From an uncultured Planctomycetaceae bacterium (GTDB taxonomy: Bacteria; Planctomycetota; Planctomycetia; Planctomycetales; Planctomycetaceae), in the NCBI GenBank assembly GCA_963815195.1, contig CAWFGE010000013.1:896001-960000 (forward strand): a stretch of DNA of 64,000 bases, read 5' to 3'. Both the position numbers and the translations under genes were made by a program. Each line of letters opens with the position of its first letter. The stretch's first letter is position 1. Below are positions 11,276-23,633 of this stretch, piece after piece. Under the pieces are notes generated by a model. The model saw nothing but the letters and a program-made list of their open reading frames with translations, had not been told where the DNA came from and made no database searches.

Positions 11276-11512
11276 ATGAAGAAGTTGGCCATGTTTCTGA
11301 TGATCCTGTCCGTCAGCGTGTTCTCCATCGGCTGCGGCGGAAAAACCAAGACTGACAAAACTGAATCCGCCCCCGCTGAAGGAACCGAAGGCGGCCACGA
11401 ACCCGCCGCAGGCACCGGAACTGAAGGCGGAACCGAAGGCGGAACCGGAACCGAAGGCAAGGGAACCGAAGGCAAGGGAACCGAAGGCGGAACCGGAACC
11501 GAAATGCCGTAA
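11276..11512 (+). CDS. Small lipoprotein with a low-complexity GTEG repeat tail
   Basis: RBS GAGGA; signal peptide MKKLAMFLMILSVSVFSIG-C; repeated GGAACCGAAGGC units encoding GTEG. Confidence 0.8.
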   Translation: MKKLAMFLMILSVSVFSIGCGGKTKTDKTESAPAEGTEGGHEPAAGTGTEGGTEGGTGTEGKGTEGKGTEGGTGTEMP

Positions 11513-11590
11513 TTCCCGTCAAGGAATCCAGAACGGGGTCGCCTTTTGCAACAAAGTTCCGGCGGCCCGGTCGATTCTGCGCAAATCCCC

Positions 11591-11627
11591 CAAAGAGCCT
11601 TTCCGACTCGTGCGGAAAGGCTCTTTG
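11591..11627. terminator. Bidirectional intrinsic terminator-like hairpin
   Basis: Perfect 15-bp stem CAAAGAGCCTTTCCG / CGGAAAGGCTCTTTG between the convergent lipoprotein gene and atpG. Confidence 0.75.
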
Positions 11628-11641
11628 ATTTTCCGGACGCG

Positions 11642-12529
11642 TCAATCTTCGCGGAGCGTCTCGAAGCCGGTGATCACGTCGAGCAGTTCCTCCGTAATCG
11701 CCGTTTGACGGGTTCGCCGCCATTCATCGCGAAATTCCTCCAGCCGCTGGGCGATGTTTCGCTCGGCCGCCTGCATCGATGTGATCCGGCTCGCGTTTTC
11801 GCCCGCCAGGGAATGTGCGCACGCCCGGAACAAGCTCACGAACATGTGCTGGCGGATCAGCATCATATACACATCGCCCGGCGGCATCGTGACCGACGGC
11901 AGCGACCGCGAAGCCCATTTCCGAGTCCGCGGCTCCATGAGGCGGTCCGGATCCAACGGCAAAAGTTGGACGTGCATCGGTCCGTAAGTGGTCTCCGTTT
12001 GCCGGGTGTTGTGGAACACGAAGACCCGCTCGAGTTTTTGTTCCGCCTGCCACGCGGTCACCGCCGGCAATAGTTCGAGCACGAGTTGCGTGATCCCCGC
12101 CACCGAACCGGGCACCTCGAACACCCGCGAAATGGCGAGTCCGCGGTCCTCCAACCGCCCCGCGACGCGCAAGCCGATTACGAGATGGCTCCGCCGCGTT
12201 CGGTCGGGCTGTAAGGTTTCGGAGGTTTCTTCCACGAACTCGGCGATTTGCTCGTTGAACGAACCGCACATGCCCTGGTCGGACCCAAACACAATCAAGC
12301 CCAGTTTTCCATTTTCGGCCAACACGCTCTGGGGGATCTCCTGCCGCGGATGCAGCCAGCGAAGCATGCGAAACCCCAAGGCCAACGTGCGCGTGTAATC
12401 CCCCAGCGCGGCGACGGCCGCTTCGTATTGGCGAATGCTCACCGCCGCCAGCGTTTTCATCGTGCGGACGACGGACTCTAAATCCTCAGCCGAGCGAATC
12501 CGGCGTTCCAGGGCTTCCATCGTGGGCAT
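11642..12529 (-). CDS. atpG: N-ATPase gamma subunit
   Basis: [34 protein letters not shown] and [15 protein letters not shown]. Confidence 0.95.
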   Translation of the reverse strand: MPTMEALERRIRSAEDLESVVRTMKTLAAVSIRQYEAAVAALGDYTRTLALGFRMLRWLHPRQEIPQSVLAENGKLGLIVFGSDQGMCGSFNEQIAEFVEETSETLQPDRTRRSHLVIGLRVAGRLEDRGLAISRVFEVPGSVAGITQLVLELLPAVTAWQAEQKLERVFVFHNTRQTETTYGPMHVQLLPLDPDRLMEPRTRKWASRSLPSVTMPPGDVYMMLIRQHMFVSLFRACAHSLAGENASRITSMQAAERNIAQRLEEFRDEWRRTRQTAITEELLDVITGFETLRED

Positions 12530-14063
12530 GATTGTCCTCCAACATCGGCATCACCGCGTTCCGGGTGGCGTTCACCAGAGTTTGAACATCCTCATCCGTC
12601 AGCTTCTCTCCCGCCAGGATTTGCTCGCACAGTTCGGGGCATTCCTCGAGCACGGCTTTGCGGACGCGGGCTTCCGCGCGGGAGATCTGCTCAATGTCGA
12701 TCGCATCAAACACTCCCACCGTCACCGACACGAGCACCGCGATTTGCTCGGGCACGGATAGCGGCTCGCCCTCGGATTGTTTGAGGACTTCCCGCACCCG
12801 CCGGCCGCGCTCCAAGGTGTGGCGGGTCTCTTCATCCAACCGGCTGCTGAACCGCGAGAAGGCTTCGAGTTCTTCAAACTGCGAATACGACAGCCTTAAA
12901 TCCCCGGCCACTCGGCGGTACGCGGGAAGCTGCGTCTTGCCGCCGACTCGCGACACGGACCGCCCCACATCCACGGCGGGCAAGAGCCCTTTGCGGAACA
13001 GATCGGGCGAGAGATAGATCTGCCCGTCGGTGATCGAAATCAGGTTCGTGGGAATATAGGCCGCGACGTTCTGGGCTTCGGTCTCGGCGATGGGCAACGC
13101 CGTCAGCGAGCCGCCGCCGAGGTCGTCCCGCAAATGCGTCGAGCGTTCGAGCAGCCGCGAATGCACATAAAAGATGTCGCCCGGAAACGCCTCCCGGCCC
13201 GGCGGTCTTCGCAGCAGGAGCGACAACTCCCGGTAAGCCCGCGCATGCGCGGTGAGGTCGTCATACACCACCAGCACGTCCCGCCCCTGTTCCATAAAGA
13301 ACTCGCCGATCGTGGTCGCCGCGTAAGGCGCCACGAACTGAAGCCCCGGCGGCGTATTACCCTCCGCGACCACGACCACGGAATATTCGAGGGCCGACGC
13401 GTCCCTTAGCTTCGCGATCACCCGCGCGACGGCGGAGGTTCGCTGGGCGATGGCGCAATAAATACAGACCACATCCCGGCCGCGCTGGTTCAGAATCGTA
13501 TCCACAGCGATGGCCGACTTGCCGGTTTGCCGGTCGCCTAAGATCAATTCCCGCTGCCCGCGGCCGACGGGAATCAGAGCGTCGACGACTTTCATGCCGG
13601 TCTGGAGGGGAACCGTCACGGGAGCGCGGTCCATGATCCGCGGCGCATCGCGCTCCACGGGCCGGCGGATCGCGGCGTCCAGACTGGGCAACCGATCCAG
13701 CGGCCGGCCCACCGGATCGATCACGCGCCCCAAAAGCTCTTCGCCGACTGGGACATCCAAGAGCCGCCCGGTCCGCCGGGCCTGGCTGCCGGCTTGGAGT
13801 TGCTCGCTTTCATCGAGCAGAATCACGCCCACCTCGTTGGCGTCGAGATTGAACGCCATCCCCAACACGCCTTTGCGAAACTCCAACAGCTCGTCGGCTT
13901 GGGCGCTGGGCAGTCCCTTGACCCGGGCGGTGCCGCGATCGACGGAAATCACCGTGCCGACTTCGACCGCGTGCAAGCGGGCTTGATGCCCGGCCCGCTC
14001 GGAATCAAACGGCTGAAACACCAGCTCCGCCAAGTCCGGCGGATCGGGAAGCATGTCGTTCAT
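12486..14063 (-). CDS. atpA: N-ATPase alpha subunit
   Basis: [35 protein letters not shown] and [12 protein letters not shown]. Confidence 0.97.
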   Translation of the reverse strand: MNDMLPDPPDLAELVFQPFDSERAGHQARLHAVEVGTVISVDRGTARVKGLPSAQADELLEFRKGVLGMAFNLDANEVGVILLDESEQLQAGSQARRTGRLLDVPVGEELLGRVIDPVGRPLDRLPSLDAAIRRPVERDAPRIMDRAPVTVPLQTGMKVVDALIPVGRGQRELILGDRQTGKSAIAVDTILNQRGRDVVCIYCAIAQRTSAVARVIAKLRDASALEYSVVVVAEGNTPPGLQFVAPYAATTIGEFFMEQGRDVLVVYDDLTAHARAYRELSLLLRRPPGREAFPGDIFYVHSRLLERSTHLRDDLGGGSLTALPIAETEAQNVAAYIPTNLISITDGQIYLSPDLFRKGLLPAVDVGRSVSRVGGKTQLPAYRRVAGDLRLSYSQFEELEAFSRFSSRLDEETRHTLERGRRVREVLKQSEGEPLSVPEQIAVLVSVTVGVFDAIDIEQISRAEARVRKAVLEECPELCEQILAGEKLTDEDVQTLVNATRNAVMPMLEDNHAHDGSPGTPDSLG

Positions 14064-14854
14064 GAAGGGGTCTCCCGGGCCAGGCTGCCGGCGTGGTCCT
14101 GATCGAACGCCGCCGCGAAGTGCCGTTCCAAGGTCTCGATGGTGTCCGCGACGTTCCAGGAGAGCCTTTCATCGCCGATGCGAAGCTCGATTCCGCAAAT
14201 CAAATCCGCGTCCACCTCGAACTGCACGGGTTCCACATCGCCGAATTCCGCCCGGAGCGTTTGCCGAAGCTCCGCTGGCAGCTTCTCAGACAGCTCGAGC
14301 GCGCTGGTGATCGTGGTGATCGATCCTTCCGAAGTTCCAGCCGACGCCAAACGTTCCCGCGTGGCGTGATCCAACGTCTTGAGCCGCTCCGTAAACACGA
14401 GGGCCATTTGCTGCTCCAAATCCGCGTCCGCGAGTTCGCTCAAAACGTGCCGAACGATTTGATGCACCTGCCGGCCCGCGCGTTCGCGCAGGCTCCTTCA
14501 AAAACCGGCCGCGGTCGCGCTCGAGGGCCTCCCACCAGCGGGCCTGGACTTCATCGACTTCAGCCCGGGCGTGTTCGAGAGCCGTTTGCTTCCAGTCGGC
14601 GACCTCTTGCCGGGCCTCGTCGAACATCATCTCGCGGGCGGCTTTGAGTTCCTGCTCGCGCTCCCGGAAACTCGCGGCGAGCGATTCGGCTTCGGACCGC
14701 GTGTGTTCCGCCTCCGCCACGCGGCAGAGATGTCCTCTTGCCGGCGCTTGATGGCCTCGAGCACAGGTCGGTACAGAAATTTTCGCAGGAGCGCGACCAG
14801 AATCAAAAAATTGACAATCTGAGCCGCCCACACGAACCAGGCATCATTGGGCAT
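14060..14854 (-). CDS. atpF: N-ATPase b subunit (long, with a delta-like C-terminus); two frameshifts (near 14720 and 14490)
   Basis: [22 protein letters not shown], a coiled coil, then [11 protein letters not shown]...[13 protein letters not shown]...LSWNVAD, across three frames. Confidence 0.88.
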
Positions 14855-14886
14855 GATGGTAACCGAATGTTGATCGATCAGGTCAA

Positions 14887-14970
14887 GGCGAGCGGGAGGT
14901 GTAAGCCTCCTGCTAATTCTGATAAACCCAAAACTCGACGAAACCAGGAGGCTCACGCCTCCCGCTCGCC
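14887..14970. repeat. REPIN-like inverted pair (GGCGAGCGGGAGG[T/C]GT[A/G]AGCCTCCTG) between atpE and atpF
   Basis: Inverted copies at about 14887-14912 and 14945-14970; a third copy at 43622-43647. Confidence 0.85.
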
Positions 14971-14994
14971 ATTTCTTTCAAAACGCGATCAGAG

Positions 14995-15261
14995 CTACGG
15001 CGCCGGTCCGCCGGCGAAGGGGTTGGCGAACAGCAGGATGATCGAAATCACGAAGCAATAGATCGCCGTCGATTCGACCATTGCCATGCCCACGAACAGC
15101 GTGCGCGTAATGGTGTTGGCTTCGTCCGGCTGCTGGGCGATGGCGCTCAAGGCTTGCGAAAGGGCCCGGCCTTCGCCCAAAGCCGGGGCGATCGACCCAA
15201 TCGCCATCGTGATGCCCGCCGTGAAAATCGACACCACCGAAATCCAAGTTTCGTCACTCAT
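14995..15261 (-). CDS. atpE: N-ATPase c subunit with the Na+-binding signature
   Basis: MSDETW...PALGEGRA...AQQP...MVESTAIY. Confidence 0.95.
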   Translation of the reverse strand: MSDETWISVVSIFTAGITMAIGSIAPALGEGRALSQALSAIAQQPDEANTITRTLFVGMAMVESTAIYCFVISIILLFANPFAGGPAP

Positions 15262-15967
15262 GCGGAACGTCCTCCCTCGAGTCGGGTTCGTCTGCGGTTT
15301 TCCGATGCGCTGCCGTGGCAGAGGCGATATACACCATCGCCAAGATCGCAAAGATATATGCTTGAATCAGCCCCGTCAGCAAGCCGAACAGATTCATTAA
15401 GAGCGGCACAAACAGCGGCATGAAGCCCACGAGGATCGCCCCCATCACGCTGCCGCTCATCATGTTCCCATACAGCCGCACGGCGAGGGCGAGCGTGCGG
15501 GACAACTCGCCAATGATATTGAACGGCAGCATCAAAGGCGACGGTTTGATGTATTGCTTCAAATACCGGCCCAGGCCTTGCTGGGCAATCCCGAAGACCG
15601 GCACCGCGAAAAACACGCAGGTCGCAAGCGCCGCGGTGGTGATGAGCGAAGCCGTCGGCGGCTCGTAGCCCGGCACCACCGTCAGCAGACTGCACGAAGC
15701 GACAAACAAAAACAGCGTGCCCACGAACGGCAGATAAACGCCCGGCTCTTGCAGGCTCACTTCGCGGATTTGGTTTTGGATCGTGACGATCACCACTTCC
15801 AACAGATGCTGCCAGCGCGGGATTTGAGGCGAAATGGATAGCCGGCGCGTCATCCACCACGAACCCCCGACCAAGAGCGCCATCGTGATCCACGTGAACA
15901 CGAGCGTGGCGGTGATCGGCAGCGGGCCGAGCCGATAGAAAATCCAATTGTCCGGCGAGAATTTCAC
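15254..15967 (-). CDS. atpB: N-ATPase a subunit
   Basis: PFVGTLFLFV, PPTASL, ELSRTLALAVRLYGNMMSG and GLIQAYIFAILA. Confidence 0.95.
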   Translation of the reverse strand: MKFSPDNWIFYRLGPLPITATLVFTWITMALLVGGSWWMTRRLSISPQIPRWQHLLEVVIVTIQNQIREVSLQEPGVYLPFVGTLFLFVASCSLLTVVPGYEPPTASLITTAALATCVFFAVPVFGIAQQGLGRYLKQYIKPSPLMLPFNIIGELSRTLALAVRLYGNMMSGSVMGAILVGFMPLFVPLLMNLFGLLTGLIQAYIFAILAMVYIASATAAHRKTADEPDSREDVPHE

Positions 15968-15973
15968 GCGGGA

Positions 15974-16258
15974 TTAGCTCCGATGCTCGGGAACGCCGAC
16001 TTGCCGAAACACGAGAGACCGTCCGATGAGAAACCCGAGCATCACGGCCGCCAGGCGTTCCCAACGGTGGTCGATCAACAGGAACATCGCCCCCAACACG
16101 ACGGCCATTCGCAGGAGCGCGCTCACAGGAAACCAAACGCCCGGCCGCGACATCCCCGGCAAGCGGCGGACCACCCACCACAGGCTGACGAAATAAAATA
16201 TCCCCAGCAGCACGCCGGCGAGGGTGCAAAACAGGATGGGCGGCCACGAGATTTCCAT
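15974..16258 (-). CDS. atpR: N-ATPase AtpR subunit
   Basis: Hydrophobic 94-aa protein (GIFYFVSLWWVVRR, SALLRM) in the atpR position of the N-ATPase gene order. Confidence 0.85.
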   Translation of the reverse strand: MEISWPPILFCTLAGVLLGIFYFVSLWWVVRRLPGMSRPGVWFPVSALLRMAVVLGAMFLLIDHRWERLAAVMLGFLIGRSLVFRQVGVPEHRS

Positions 16259-16259
16259 G

Positions 16260-16591
16260 TCAAGATTTCCTCCCGGATTGCGTTTCGTCGCCTTGGCTTT
16301 CGCGTTGGATCCACTGCCATGCGAGCAGACATCCCACGGCCAACCCGATCACGAGGCCCATCAGCGTGCTGGAATATCGGCTGGGATAATGCCGATCGAT
16401 CCACCAGCCGACGCCGACGCCGATCAACGTGGGCACGGAGACCGACCAGCCAATCATCCCGAACATCCCCAGCCCGAACCAGATCGAATGCTGCGTCTCG
16501 CGGCGGGCTTGCAATTTGCGCAGCCCGGGCTTCGACTTCGCGGCGGAGTTCCTCGCCGGTGGGATCGCTGCGGCCGGGATCGCGGTCGGCA

Positions 16592-16592
<1 letters not shown>
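16260..16592 (-). CDS. atpQ: N-ATPase AtpQ (AtpZ/AtpI-like) subunit
   Basis: WFGLGMFGMIGWSVSVPTLIG...GWWID...GCLLAWQWI. Confidence 0.9.
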
Positions 16593-18490
<1,898 letters not shown>

Positions 18491-18531
18491 TTTTCTCTTG
18501 TTAAGCGGCGTCTTGGCGTTTCTTCTATTCG

Positions 18532-19543
18532 TCAATGCATCACGAGCACTTTGGCTCCCTTGACGGGGCCGTGTTTAAGTTCGAGGAGCGCGCGGTTCGC
18601 TTCTTCCAAGGGATAGGTTTGCACTTCCGGCTCAAGCGGGATTTCCCCGGCGAGCGGCAGAAACTCCGCGATGTCGAAGTGTGTGACGTTCGCCACGGTC
18701 TTGATTTCCCGCTCCATCCAGAGGTGCTCGTGATAGCTGAGCTTCAAAAGCTCGTTCTGATCTCGGTCTTCCTTGCGGATGGCGTTGATTACCAATCGGC
18801 CTCCGGGCCGGAGATTTCGCAGGGCTTCCACGACGGGTTTCCAAGCGGGCGTGGTGTCGATGATCGCATGTAGCGACTCGGGGGCCTGGTCCGCCGTGTC
18901 CCCCGCCCAGACCGCTCCCAAGGATTTGGCGAACTCTCTCGCCGCGGGATCGCGCGAAGACGTAGATTTCGGTCCGGGGATATTGATGCTTCACCGTCTG
19001 TAGCACAAGATGGGCCGAGCCGCCGAAGCCCGTCAACCCCAGAGGGTCCCCGTCACGGAGGTTCGTCAATTTGAGTGCCCGATACCCGACCGCCCCCGCG
19101 CACAACAGCGGGGCCGCCGACGCGTCCGAAAACACTTCGGGAATCGGATAGGCGTAGTCTTCCGGCACGGTGAGAAACTCCGCATACCCGCCGTTCGCAT
19201 CCCGGCCGGTCGCTCGGAATTGCGGGCTGAGGTTTTCATCCGCCTGGCCGGTGGAAGAATGAATCCAACCCACGCCCACGCGTTCGCCGAGCTTGCGGCG
19301 TTTAACGCCCGCTCCCAACGCCTCCACCCGGCCGACGATTTCGTGTCCCAAAATCACCGGCAGCTTGGGCGGCGCGGTGCGGCCTTCGATCTCGTCGAGT
19401 TCCGTATGACACACCCCGCACGCCGAGACCCGAATCAGCAACTCGCCCGCCCCCGGTTCGGGCCGGGGCACGTCGGCCAATTCCAAAGGCGAATCGTCCT
19501 CATCCAGCGAAACCAGGCGCGGCAGAATCATCGTGCGCATCAT
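18532..19543 (-). CDS. Zinc-dependent alcohol dehydrogenase family protein; frameshift near 18935
   Basis: CGVCHTE, ILGHEIVG, APLLCAGAVGYR and GFGGSAH, then LRPGGRLVINAI...GAKVL in a second frame. Confidence 0.88.
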
Positions 19544-19567
19544 ATCTCCTTGCGGACCGCGGCCCGG

Positions 19568-20047
19568 CTACTTGTCGCCTTCCGCGAGCAACTCGTTGCG
19601 AACCCAGCGGTGGCATTCGATGCAGCTCAGCGTGGCCTTCGTCCAAGCCAAGGCAGCCGAGTCGAGGTTCTTCTTTTCTTTCGAGGCCTTGAGGATGCTG
19701 TCCACCGCATCGCGAAACTCCGCGCTGTGCTGCCGGTAGATGGCATCGTTCGACACCCGCCAGCGCTCGGCTTCGCTCATGGATTTCAGCGTCTCGGCCC
19801 CCTTGTGGATCGTGTCGAAATCCTCCGTGCACAGGCCTTCCAGAATCTGGCTGGAGGCTTTCAGCTTGGCCTGCATAAACTTCGCCAACGCGGGCTCTTT
19901 CTCCTTGGCTTTCTGGGCCGTCGATTTTTGAGCGGCCTTGGGCTTGGCCTGTTGGGGATTTTCCGCCCGGCTGTCGGTCAAAAGGTAGCCGCCGAACGCG
20001 GCCAAAACAAACGCCGACACCAAACCGATGCAAGTTGAGCGAATCAT
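19568..20047 (-). CDS. Secreted cytochrome c'-like four-helix protein (C-terminal CxxCH)
   Basis: Signal peptide; FMQAKLKASSQILEGLCTEDF; CIECH near the C-terminus. Confidence 0.75.
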   Translation of the reverse strand: MIRSTCIGLVSAFVLAAFGGYLLTDSRAENPQQAKPKAAQKSTAQKAKEKEPALAKFMQAKLKASSQILEGLCTEDFDTIHKGAETLKSMSEAERWRVSNDAIYRQHSAEFRDAVDSILKASKEKKNLDSAALAWTKATLSCIECHRWVRNELLAEGDK

Positions 20048-20099
20048 CGAGATCTCCAATGGAAGATGGGTGAGAGTCATGGAAACAGATCGCGGGCGT

Positions 20100-20564
20100 C
20101 TACCTGGCGGTGTTCAAGGCCGTCTGAAAATCGGCATCCGCGGGAATCTCCGCGACCTTGGCATTGCGGACGTGCTTGTGGCAACTCAGGCAGGTCATCG
20201 TCACGCGAATCCAAGCCAGCGAAGCCCTGTCGATGTTCTTTTCCTTGGCGGCCGTTTCCAGTTGGTCGCAGCCCTTTTCAAATTCCCGGCTGTATAAATC
20301 GTAAGTCGGCGTGTTAAACACCTGCCATTGCTCCGCCTGGCTGAGCGTGTGCATCTCCGCGGCGGCCTTTTGGATTTGCGCGAAATCCTCGGTGACGAGG
20401 CCTTCCAGCACCTTCTCCGAATCCGTCAGCTTTTGCCGCATGAACTGGTCGATGGGCTTGTCGGCCGGTTTCGCGACCTTCCCGGCCGCTTCGCTCCGAA
20501 GAAGAAAAACCGCGGAAAGGGCAAGAACCACGCAGGCACCGGCGAGGGACAATGTTCGTTTCAT
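20100..20564 (-). CDS. Secreted cytochrome c'-like protein, paralog of the adjacent gene
   Basis: Signal peptide; FMRQKLTDSEKVLEGLVTEDF; CLSCH. Confidence 0.75.
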   Translation of the reverse strand: MKRTLSLAGACVVLALSAVFLLRSEAAGKVAKPADKPIDQFMRQKLTDSEKVLEGLVTEDFAQIQKAAAEMHTLSQAEQWQVFNTPTYDLYSREFEKGCDQLETAAKEKNIDRASLAWIRVTMTCLSCHKHVRNAKVAEIPADADFQTALNTAR

Positions 20565-20894
20565 GGGAAGGTCCTTTTCACAAAGACTGGCTTTACCAAC
20601 AAAAAAACCTCTCTCGCAAATCTCATGCGAAAGAGGCGGCCATAGCTTGCTCCGGCGTCCCCGTCGCGAGACACCTTTTGATTTCATCTACCTGATATTA
20701 GTCTTCCCAGAGGGCAAGTCAAGAGTCAGTCGAGCAATTTGGGGAATTCATGGGCCGATCTCCGTATCGCCGTGGTCAATCTTCGCGTCGCCTTGGTAAG
20801 CTATGATAAGGAAAGCCAAATAAATTGTTGTGTTATGCTCTCGTCCGATCAACGGGAACGTCCGACCCCTTCCCATCCCTTAAATCCTCCGCTT

Positions 20895-21080
20895 ATGTCG
20901 AACGCCCCCGAACCCCGCTCGCAGACATCTGTCTCGTCCGCCCATCCCGGCCCGAAGCAAAACCAGAGCCGGCCGGCTTGCCCGGCGTGCGGCGGATCGC
21001 TCGTGGAGTTTCGGCAGAAGTTGCAATGCTCCCGCTGCCATACGATTTGTGAAACCTGTTGCGAAGGCGGCCGGGGTTGA
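20895..21080 (+). CDS. Small Cys-rich (zinc-ribbon-like) protein
   Basis: CPACGG...CSRCHTICETCCEGG; ends 21 bp before the next gene. Confidence 0.6.
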   Translation: MSNAPEPRSQTSVSSAHPGPKQNQSRPACPACGGSLVEFRQKLQCSRCHTICETCCEGGRG

Positions 21081-21101
21081 TCCCCCCGCGGAACAAGGCC
21101 G

Positions 21102-21899
21102 ATGGAAATACGAGCGTTTGCCGAACGGATTCTGTTGGCGGAATCCCTGGACGAAAAGCTCCGCCGGGCGGAAACGGAATGGACGGATGAAAACCCGGGC
21201 GAGCCCTGGCGGCCGGAGATTCCCGCGCGGCCGGCGAATTTGCAGTTTGCCCCGCGACGGCACGCCCCGGCGATGCCCAAGCCCGGGGCCTTTGCCGACC
21301 CGCACAAGCGCGCGGTGGCCCACCACATCATGGCGAATCACGAACTCCAGGCCTGCGAGGTGATGGCGTTTGTGCTCGCGGCCTTCCCGGAGGCTCACGC
21401 CGAGTTTCGCCGGGGTTTGGCCCGCATCATCGACGATGAGCAGCGCCACACGCGAATGCACATGCAGCGGGCGTCGGCGCTCGGAATCGAGTTCGGCGAT
21501 CTGCCGGTGAACTGCTACATCTGGAAAAAAGCCCTCGATTACGAGTGCGTCCTGGATTATCTCGCGGGACTGCCCTTGACCTTCGAGGGCCGGAACCTCG
21601 ACCACACCGTGGAGTTTGCGGAGCTTTTTCAAAACGCCGGCGACGACCGCGGGGCCGCCGTGATGCGCGCCATTCATCAGGACGAGATCGAGCACGTCCG
21701 CTTCGGTTGGGAATGGCTCCGCCGCTTGAAATCCCCCGAGGAAACCGAATGGCAAGCCTACTGCAAGCACCTGCACTGGCCGATGCGTCCGGCCAAAGCC
21801 AAAGGCGAAGTCTTCCAGCGCGCCGCCCGCCAGGCCGCGGGGCTGACGGAGGATTTTCTCGAACACCTCGAACAAGCCGAAGCGGATAATGGCCGGTGA
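21102..21899 (+). CDS. Ferritin-like di-iron protein (DUF455 family)
   Basis: HIMANHELQA, DEQRH, FEGRNLD and IHQDEIEHVRFG. Confidence 0.85.
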   Translation: MEIRAFAERILLAESLDEKLRRAETEWTDENPGEPWRPEIPARPANLQFAPRRHAPAMPKPGAFADPHKRAVAHHIMANHELQACEVMAFVLAAFPEAHAEFRRGLARIIDDEQRHTRMHMQRASALGIEFGDLPVNCYIWKKALDYECVLDYLAGLPLTFEGRNLDHTVEFAELFQNAGDDRGAAVMRAIHQDEIEHVRFGWEWLRRLKSPEETEWQAYCKHLHWPMRPAKAKGEVFQRAARQAAGLTEDFLEHLEQAEADNGR

Positions 21900-22060
21900 C
21901 TAATGTTCAATTTGAACAAGTTCAAAATGTTCGAGACTCCGATTGCCGGGTTTTGAAAATTCTGCTATCAAGCGGTCTCTAATTGCCATTCTATCTATCG
22001 CCGATCCAGCTTGGCCATCGGTTGGCACGGACGCCAAACGACGAACAGGGAGTGTGATTC

Positions 22061-23458
22061 TTGAGCAATTCGACTCAACACAAGTTGCGGGTTCTGTTTG
22101 TGGATGATGAAGCCGCAATTCGCGAGGTAATGCGGATCGAACTGCCCCGCATGGGTCACGATGTCACCCTCTGCGAAAACGGGGAAGCTGCGCTCGCCGC
22201 CCTGGAAACCCACACGTTCGACGCGGCGATTGTCGACCTCAGGATGCCGGGCCTCAGCGGCTGGGACGTGGTGGATCATCTGAAAAAAGTCTCACCCGAC
22301 ACCGAGTTCATCATCAGCACCGGCCACGGCAACATGGACGAAGCCATCCAAGCCGTCCGCCGCGGGGCTTACGACTTCCTGCCCAAACCTTGCAAACTGT
22401 TTGAAATCGCCAATGTTCTCCAGCGCGTGGGCGACAAGCAGGCCCTCGCCAACAAAGCGATTGCCCTCGAAAACCGCCTGCGGGCCGTGGAAGGTTCGGC
22501 GGATTTGATCGGCAACAGCTCGTCGATGCAGCGGGTCAAAAATCTGATCGAAAAAATCGCCCCCACCGATTCCACGGTGCTGATCTTGGGCGAAACCGGC
22601 ACCGGGAAGGAAATGGTCGCCCGGCGGATTCACGAATCGAGCAACCGCCGCGATGCCCCGTTCGTCGCCGTCAACTGCGGGGCGCTCCCGGAGAACCTCG
22701 TCGAAAGCGAATTCTTCGGCCACCGCAAAGGGGCCTTCACCGGAGCCGACACCCCCCGCAAAGGCCTGTTCGAGGTCGCCAACAGCGGCACGCTGTTCCT
22801 CGACGAATTGGGCGAACTCGATAAATCCATGCAGGTGAAGCTGTTACGGTTTTTGGAATCCGGCGAAATCCGCCGCGTGGGCGAGAACGACGCGTTCCAT
22901 GTCGATGTCCGCATCGTGTGCGCGACGAACCGCGACCTCCAGGACATGGCCGCCGAGGGTCACTTCCGCGAGGACTTAATCTTCCGCGTGAATACCTTTG
23001 AAATTCATCTGCCGCCGCTCAGGGAGCGCAAGGAAGACATTCCGCAGCTCGCCAAGTTCCTGATTGCCCGCTATCTGAAGAAACGGGAAATCCCCGCGGA
23101 TATTCTCAGCCCCGCCGCGATCAATGTGCTCATGAACCACGAATGGACCGGCAACGTGCGGGAATTGGCGAACGCCCTCGAGCATGCGGTGATTCTCTCC
23201 GAGGGCGAAGCGATCCAGCCGGAAGATTTCCCCCGCAGCATCACCCGCCCCGGCGTGAAACCGGGCGGAGGGTTTTCGGTGGTCACCGGATCGCAACCGC
23301 GATCGCTCCGCGAAATCGAGATGGAGGTGATTTTCCAGGTCCTGGAAAAACACGACGGCGACAAACCCAAAGCGGCCGAGGAACTGGGCATCGCGCTCAA
23401 AACGCTCTATAACAAGCTCAACCAATACCAGGCCCGCACCCAATCCAAAGCCGGCTAA
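22061..23458 (+). CDS. Sigma54-dependent NtrC-family response regulator
   Basis: Receiver domain (VDDE, DLRMPG), AAA+ GETGTGKE and GAFTGA, Fis-type HTH AAEELGIALKTLYNKL. Confidence 0.95.
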   Translation: MSNSTQHKLRVLFVDDEAAIREVMRIELPRMGHDVTLCENGEAALAALETHTFDAAIVDLRMPGLSGWDVVDHLKKVSPDTEFIISTGHGNMDEAIQAVRRGAYDFLPKPCKLFEIANVLQRVGDKQALANKAIALENRLRAVEGSADLIGNSSSMQRVKNLIEKIAPTDSTVLILGETGTGKEMVARRIHESSNRRDAPFVAVNCGALPENLVESEFFGHRKGAFTGADTPRKGLFEVANSGTLFLDELGELDKSMQVKLLRFLESGEIRRVGENDAFHVDVRIVCATNRDLQDMAAEGHFREDLIFRVNTFEIHLPPLRERKEDIPQLAKFLIARYLKKREIPADILSPAAINVLMNHEWTGNVRELANALEHAVILSEGEAIQPEDFPRSITRPGVKPGGGFSVVTGSQPRSLREIEMEVIFQVLEKHDGDKPKAAEELGIALKTLYNKLNQYQARTQSKAG

Positions 23459-23478
23459 ACCGCGGTGTTAAAGAATTT

Positions 23479-23610
23479 GTGCTCTTTCACCTTCACGATT
23501 GGCTGAACCGGCAGTTCGACGAAAAACGCGTCGAACCGAACTCGGCCTTCGGCACCGCGATCAACTATCTCCTCCGGCACTGGGAAAAGCTGACGCGGTT
23601 CTTGCGAAGT
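23479..23610 (+). mobile_element. IS66-family transposase remnant
   Basis: About 40 codons reading LHDWLNRQFDEKRVEPNSAFGTAINYLLRHWEKLTRFL, resembling the IS66 TnpC segment EPNSxLGxAIxYxLxHW. Confidence 0.65.
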
Positions 23611-23633
23611 CAGATCAGGCTTTTGGGCTGCTT

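Noticed and set aside
22022..22040. TGGCACG as a sigma54 -24 box upstream of the NtrC-like gene
   Set aside because: The required TTGC -12 element is absent at the correct spacing.
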